DNA of 20,000 nt. Origin: an uncultured virus (IMG/VR IMGVR_UViG_3300009551_000011) (taxonomy: Duplodnaviria; Heunggongvirae; Uroviricota; Caudoviricetes). Both the position numbers and the translations under genes were made by a program. Position 1 is the stretch's first letter. Every line of letters starts with the position of its first letter. The DNA is taken from IMG/VR virus record IMGVR_UViG_3300009551_000011. One strand, 5' to 3'. The notes beneath the pieces were generated by a model. The model had not been told where the DNA came from. It made no database searches and was given only the letters and a program-made list of their open reading frames with translations. Below are positions 16,163 to 20,000 of the stretch, piece by piece.

Positions 16163-17569
16163 ATGAAAATACTAGACCGTCTGAAATCAGCGTTGAAGTC
16201 CTTCAACTGGGCAGCGTCCGACCTGCCGGGGAATGTTTCCTCGTCTGGCGCGGCAGCTCGGTCTTTCTTCATCCCAGGCACCCGAATCAATTGGGATTTG
16301 ATGACCGGCGAATTGTTGACATGCCCTGCGGTTCAAGCATGCTTCAATACCCTATTCCGGAACCTGCCGCAGTCGCCGCCCTACGTCCGCGAGAAGAACG
16401 CCGCGGGTGACTGGGAGGCGGTAGTCGGTCACCCTCTCACGTATCTGCTAAACCGTCCGAATCCTCGCTACGATGGCGGCACGCTGCGCAACATGATCGC
16501 CTATTCGCTCTACACGAACGGGAACGCGTACGTCGTGATAGAGCGCACCAAGGGCAAGGAGCCTGCCGAGCTCTGGTATGTCCCACACGACCGAATTGAA
16601 CTGCCGCCAAACACCGGCGAGATCATCACGACCTACATCATGACCGACATGCGAGGCGTAAAGCATTACGTTCCTGCCGAGGACATGTGGCACATCAAGT
16701 TTGCACTGAATCCGAGGGATCCGCGATTCGGGCTGGCTCCGCTCATGTCGTCCAAGCGCCCAACCTACTCACTCCAACTGTCGTCCAACTACCGCGCCAA
16801 CATCATGCGGAACTTTGGAGTCGCCGGGAAGATCATCAGCGCAAAGGAAGGGGCTACGGACCAACTCGAATTCGACCCGAAGGAGCTGAAGGACCGAATC
16901 GACGATCAGTCCAAGGGTGACAACGTAGGGTCTACGGTCGTTACAGAGATGCCGATTGATGTCCATTATCCGGCTGTCACCCCGAAGGACATGGCGTCAG
17001 ACACCTTCGAGGATAGAGACGAGGCCTTGATCTGCGCGTTGTTCGGTGTACCGCCGCAAGTTGCGCTGCTGCTCGTTGGCCGCCTCATGAAGACCGACGC
17101 CAACTGGAAAGAGGCACGGGAACAGTTCTGGGAAGACTGCATCATGCCTTTGAACTCACTCAATGGCACGCAGGCTACGCAGCGCCTTCTGCCGGAGTTC
17201 GAGCCGAACAAGGCGGTTCTTGACCGAATGGAAGTAGCGTTCGACTACTCCGAGGTTCGGGCTCTGCAGCCAGACTTAGACAACCTGCACAATCGCGCTC
17301 GAGATGATTGGCTCGCCAACCTCATCAGCAAGGCCGAATGGAAGATGGCGACGGGCGGCAAACCAGAACCGGGTGACGAGAATATCTATTACCGCGACAT
17401 GAGCGCGCCGCCTGCCATAAGTGGAGATGGGCAGCCGTTAACTCCATTGCCGGGGAAGATGGTTGATCTCAAGATGAAATACCCGAACGTCTTTGCTCGG
17501 ATTGAGGCGGAGATTGAGCGTCTGGACGTTGAGAATGAACCTGCACCTGTGCTGAATGGAACGCACTGA
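16163..17569 (+). CDS. Phage portal protein (HK97-like)
   Basis: HPLTYLLNRPNP, LYTNGNAY, ELWYV, HIK...GLAPL, ICALFGVPP, F...IMP motifs; lies downstream of terL. Confidence 0.93.
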   Translation: MKILDRLKSALKSFNWAASDLPGNVSSSGAAARSFFIPGTRINWDLMTGELLTCPAVQACFNTLFRNLPQSPPYVREKNAAGDWEAVVGHPLTYLLNRPNPRYDGGTLRNMIAYSLYTNGNAYVVIERTKGKEPAELWYVPHDRIELPPNTGEIITTYIMTDMRGVKHYVPAEDMWHIKFALNPRDPRFGLAPLMSSKRPTYSLQLSSNYRANIMRNFGVAGKIISAKEGATDQLEFDPKELKDRIDDQSKGDNVGSTVVTEMPIDVHYPAVTPKDMASDTFEDRDEALICALFGVPPQVALLLVGRLMKTDANWKEAREQFWEDCIMPLNSLNGTQATQRLLPEFEPNKAVLDRMEVAFDYSEVRALQPDLDNLHNRARDDWLANLISKAEWKMATGGKPEPGDENIYYRDMSAPPAISGDGQPLTPLPGKMVDLKMKYPNVFARIEAEIERLDVENEPAPVLNGTH

Positions 17570-17775
17570 TGGAAGTCTATCCAATCGGCGCGGAAGTGAC
17601 GCTTGCCCGCGACCCCAATTTCAAGGGAGTGGTTATCGGAATTTGCATCCGTGGCACAGGTGTGACCTACGATGTGGTTTGGTGGGATAACAGCACGCGA
17701 TACCAAAGTTGGCTTGAGGAGATCGAAATCAACCATACAGGCAAGCGTGTAATGATAGGACTGAAGGTTAGCTGA
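17569..17775 (+). CDS. Small hypothetical protein (SH3-like beta barrel suspected)
   Basis: IGAEVTL...GVVIGI...YDVVWW...WLEEIEI; TGATG overlaps. Confidence 0.65.
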   Translation: MEVYPIGAEVTLARDPNFKGVVIGICIRGTGVTYDVVWWDNSTRYQSWLEEIEINHTGKRVMIGLKVS

Positions 17776-18098
17776 TGGGAACAACACCGCCGCCGATGGC
17801 GCGGTTGCCTCGCCCGTGGTCATTTCATCCGACATCGTATTTTGGGATGTCGGAACAAGGGCATAAGGCGCAGATTAGAAACGCAGCCGAGCGCAACCTC
17901 AGACAACTTGACGACAAAGCACTGTTGGCCTTCTGGCATTCCGACTTGTCTGCAACTCTCTATGAAGGGGAAATCGCTATTTGGGATCAGGTGTGGAGGT
18001 TCGAAAAAGATCGCCGATTCCTCCTTTGCCCCGCCGAGCCGCATGTGAATACGCAGCAATCAGAATTATTGCTTAGACCGATGGGAGGCGACTTATGA
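17775..18098 (+). CDS. Hypothetical protein
   Basis: 107-aa ORF coupled to neighbours at both ends. Confidence 0.55.
   Translation: MGTTPPPMARLPRPWSFHPTSYFGMSEQGHKAQIRNAAERNLRQLDDKALLAFWHSDLSATLYEGEIAIWDQVWRFEKDRRFLLCPAEPHVNTQQSELLLRPMGGDL
18077..18090 (+). repeat. Degenerate junction motif, copy 5 (ACCGATGGGAGGCG)
   Basis: 13/14 match; its GGAGG is 6 nt before ATG 18095. Confidence 0.6.
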
Positions 18099-18394
18099 CA
18101 AGCCGAGATTTCTGTTTCTGGCTTCAAGGATGTTTTGAATTGGCAGCGGCAAGCAGTACTCCCGGAGAAATTTACTTAGACAAAACTCAAACCGAATGCG
18201 TACGCCGACACCTTGCGCTTGTGTTTAAGCATGAGATCGACCCGGCTATCGGTGGCAATCAGAAGGAGTTGCAGGCTATTCATGATGGCGAGCCTTTGGA
18301 TAAGATCGGCGACCCATCTGTTGTAAAGAAGAACCAACATTTGGCGTCTCAGTTCATCTCGTCGAATCCAGACGATATGGTGATGCGTTGTTAG
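18095..18394 (+). CDS. Conserved phage hypothetical protein
   Basis: MTSRDFCFWLQG.FE...HLALVF is an N-terminal pattern seen in phage small proteins (recalled, not searched). Confidence 0.7.
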   Translation: MTSRDFCFWLQGCFELAAASSTPGEIYLDKTQTECVRRHLALVFKHEIDPAIGGNQKELQAIHDGEPLDKIGDPSVVKKNQHLASQFISSNPDDMVMRC

Positions 18395-19446
18395 CCATCA
18401 AATCACCACCCCGCGAAACAGGAACCATCACGCCATCTGCACCGGTGGCGACTGCATCCGACTACCGAACCCTGCTCCGCGAGGCGAGGAAGGCCCAACT
18501 CCGCCAGACACGCGAAGACCTTCAACGGTTGGCCGAAGTCTACGACCGCGCGGCTAAAGGTGTGGTAGCCCGGATTGAAGGGTTGCCTGATAACCTCACC
18601 GGCATTGATTTTGCGGTGGCACAGGCGAATCTGCTCCGAGGTATTGATGAAGAGCTAACCCGGCTGAAGACGGAATTCGCCGGCGTCCTTGACCTTTCCA
18701 TGCTTTCCAGCGCGCAGCAGATGGCTGATAGGCAAGACCAGATAGAGCGACTGATTCGGGCTAAGTCCGTTGACCCGACTCTCTTTCCGATTTACTCGCG
18801 TTCGGTCGCTCTTTTCGATGGTACAACGCTTACCGCGAGCTTCGGCACGCTGGCACAATCTGCAGTCGAAACTGCGGCCACCCGCTACTTCAAAGACGGG
18901 TTGAAGCTTTCGGATCGGCTATACAATCTGGATGTGACCACTCGGAAGACAATTGAGGATACGCTACTCCAAGGACTGGCGGACGGGTCAAGTGCGCGGG
19001 ATATCGCTAAGCAAATGACCACAGTGCTGACTGAGGCGGGCGCCCAGACACCGAAGTACAACGCAATGCGCATCGCTCGTACGGAAGTCAACAACGTTCA
19101 GCGCGAGGCCTCGGTGATGTCGGTTTCCGATTCATCTGGCAGGCTCAAAAGCTATGTGACAGGGGTGCGTTGGAACCTATCCGCAAGCCATCCTTCGGCA
19201 GATATTTGCGATGTTTGGGCAGCAGGAGGCTCGGAAAATCTGCCGGCGGGCGTTTATCTGCCGGGCGATGTGCCAATCGACCACCCGCATGGATTGTGCT
19301 ATGTGACTCCTGAATTGGTGGACTTCCCCGGCATCGGTGGCCCAGGCAAAGAGCCAGACATTGAGAAGGTACCGAAGTCGCAGATTGCCTATTATGCGGC
19401 GCAGGGCGATGAACAGGCGGCGGCGTTGTTAGCGAGGGCGGCGTAG
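18388..19446 (+). CDS. Minor head/head morphogenesis protein (Mu gpF / SPP1 gp7-like)
   Basis: LKLSDRL, GSSARDIA, AMRIARTEVN, W.LS..H...DICD..A, P..HPHGLC motifs; follows the portal. Start uncertain. Confidence 0.85.
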   Translation: MLAIKSPPRETGTITPSAPVATASDYRTLLREARKAQLRQTREDLQRLAEVYDRAAKGVVARIEGLPDNLTGIDFAVAQANLLRGIDEELTRLKTEFAGVLDLSMLSSAQQMADRQDQIERLIRAKSVDPTLFPIYSRSVALFDGTTLTASFGTLAQSAVETAATRYFKDGLKLSDRLYNLDVTTRKTIEDTLLQGLADGSSARDIAKQMTTVLTEAGAQTPKYNAMRIARTEVNNVQREASVMSVSDSSGRLKSYVTGVRWNLSASHPSADICDVWAAGGSENLPAGVYLPGDVPIDHPHGLCYVTPELVDFPGIGGPGKEPDIEKVPKSQIAYYAAQGDEQAAALLARAA

Positions 19447-19775
19447 TGCCCATTATAACGGATAAGCGCGGGTACCAGCCTCTCTGCACCGGCTGTATGG
19501 ATCAGGGATGCGAAGCTTGCGAGCCGCAGCGCGCAACCATCCTGAACGTAATCTCGCAGCAAGAAGAGGCTCAGGAATTCTTGGAGCGCGTGAAAGAGGT
19601 ATCGGGGCAAATGATTCCGCGAACACATGCGGAACTAATAACGCTCGTTGCGGCGGCCATCGAGTACGGGCGGTATTTGCAGACTGAACCTTTGCAGTTG
19701 GAAACGGAAACGGGCTTGCCTCCGAAGAGTGCGCGTTTCGATTTACTGGAGTTCCGCGATGAAGTCGCCGCTTGA
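19446..19775 (+). CDS. Hypothetical protein (N-terminal CxxC..CxxC)
   Basis: TAGTG overlap with the upstream gene; CTGCMDQGCEAC. Confidence 0.55.
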   Translation: MPIITDKRGYQPLCTGCMDQGCEACEPQRATILNVISQQEEAQEFLERVKEVSGQMIPRTHAELITLVAAAIEYGRYLQTEPLQLETETGLPPKSARFDLLEFRDEVAA

Positions 19776-19986
19776 AGAGTTTCGGCAACTGATGATTGCT
19801 CATGAAGTAAAGACTGGGCGCAAGCCTGCGGTCATTATGCTTTCATGGTCTAGGATTCAAGCGCTTTGGGATATTTTCCGCGAAGGTTCAACCTTCGAAA
19901 CTGCTACAGGTAAGAGTACGAGAATTCCTCCGCAGGCTTCCATGCCCTTCCGTGTCTACGGTGTTGTTATAAGGCCGATTGAATGA
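19759..19986 (+). CDS. Hypothetical protein
   Basis: GGAG SD before ATG 19759; ends in an ATGA overlap with a further ORF starting at 19983. Confidence 0.55.
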   Translation: MKSPLEEFRQLMIAHEVKTGRKPAVIMLSWSRIQALWDIFREGSTFETATGKSTRIPPQASMPFRVYGVVIRPIE

Positions 19987-20000
19987 ACCGACAACTCACA

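Noticed and set aside
16412..16422. TGGGAGGCGGT partial motif inside the portal CDS
   Set aside because: It lacks the 5' stem arm and is explained by codons for W-E-A-V.
392..19803. Numerous minus-strand and alternate-frame ORFs in the track
   Set aside because: They are shadows of a tightly packed + strand gene set and show no recognisable motifs.

Overview
This window is a segment of a tailed dsDNA phage or prophage, and all credible genes lie on the + strand. The left part (1-4932) is a replication/recombination block: an SF2 helicase, an N6-adenine DNA methyltransferase, a mini-Rieske ORF, a RusA-like resolvase and several small Cys/Zn-finger ORFs. A near-consensus sigma70 promoter (4888-4916) and an intrinsic terminator (4960-5002) precede the late operon, which runs terS, terL, a ~9.2 kb insert, portal and a gpF/gp7-like minor head protein. 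The insert between terL and portal encodes four SAM methyltransferases, two glycosyltransferases and a B12-dependent radical SAM enzyme, interleaved with unrelated small ORFs; it is a candidate virion-glycosylation/glycan-methylation system. A 16-nt hairpin motif, ACCGTTGGGAGGCGGT, recurs at late-gene junctions and shares its UGGGA(G) loop with the late-leader terminator. A Com-like Zn-finger gene sits directly upstream of that leader, suggesting an RNA-hairpin-based late-gene regulatory system. All protein calls rest on motif recognition by eye; no database searches were run.
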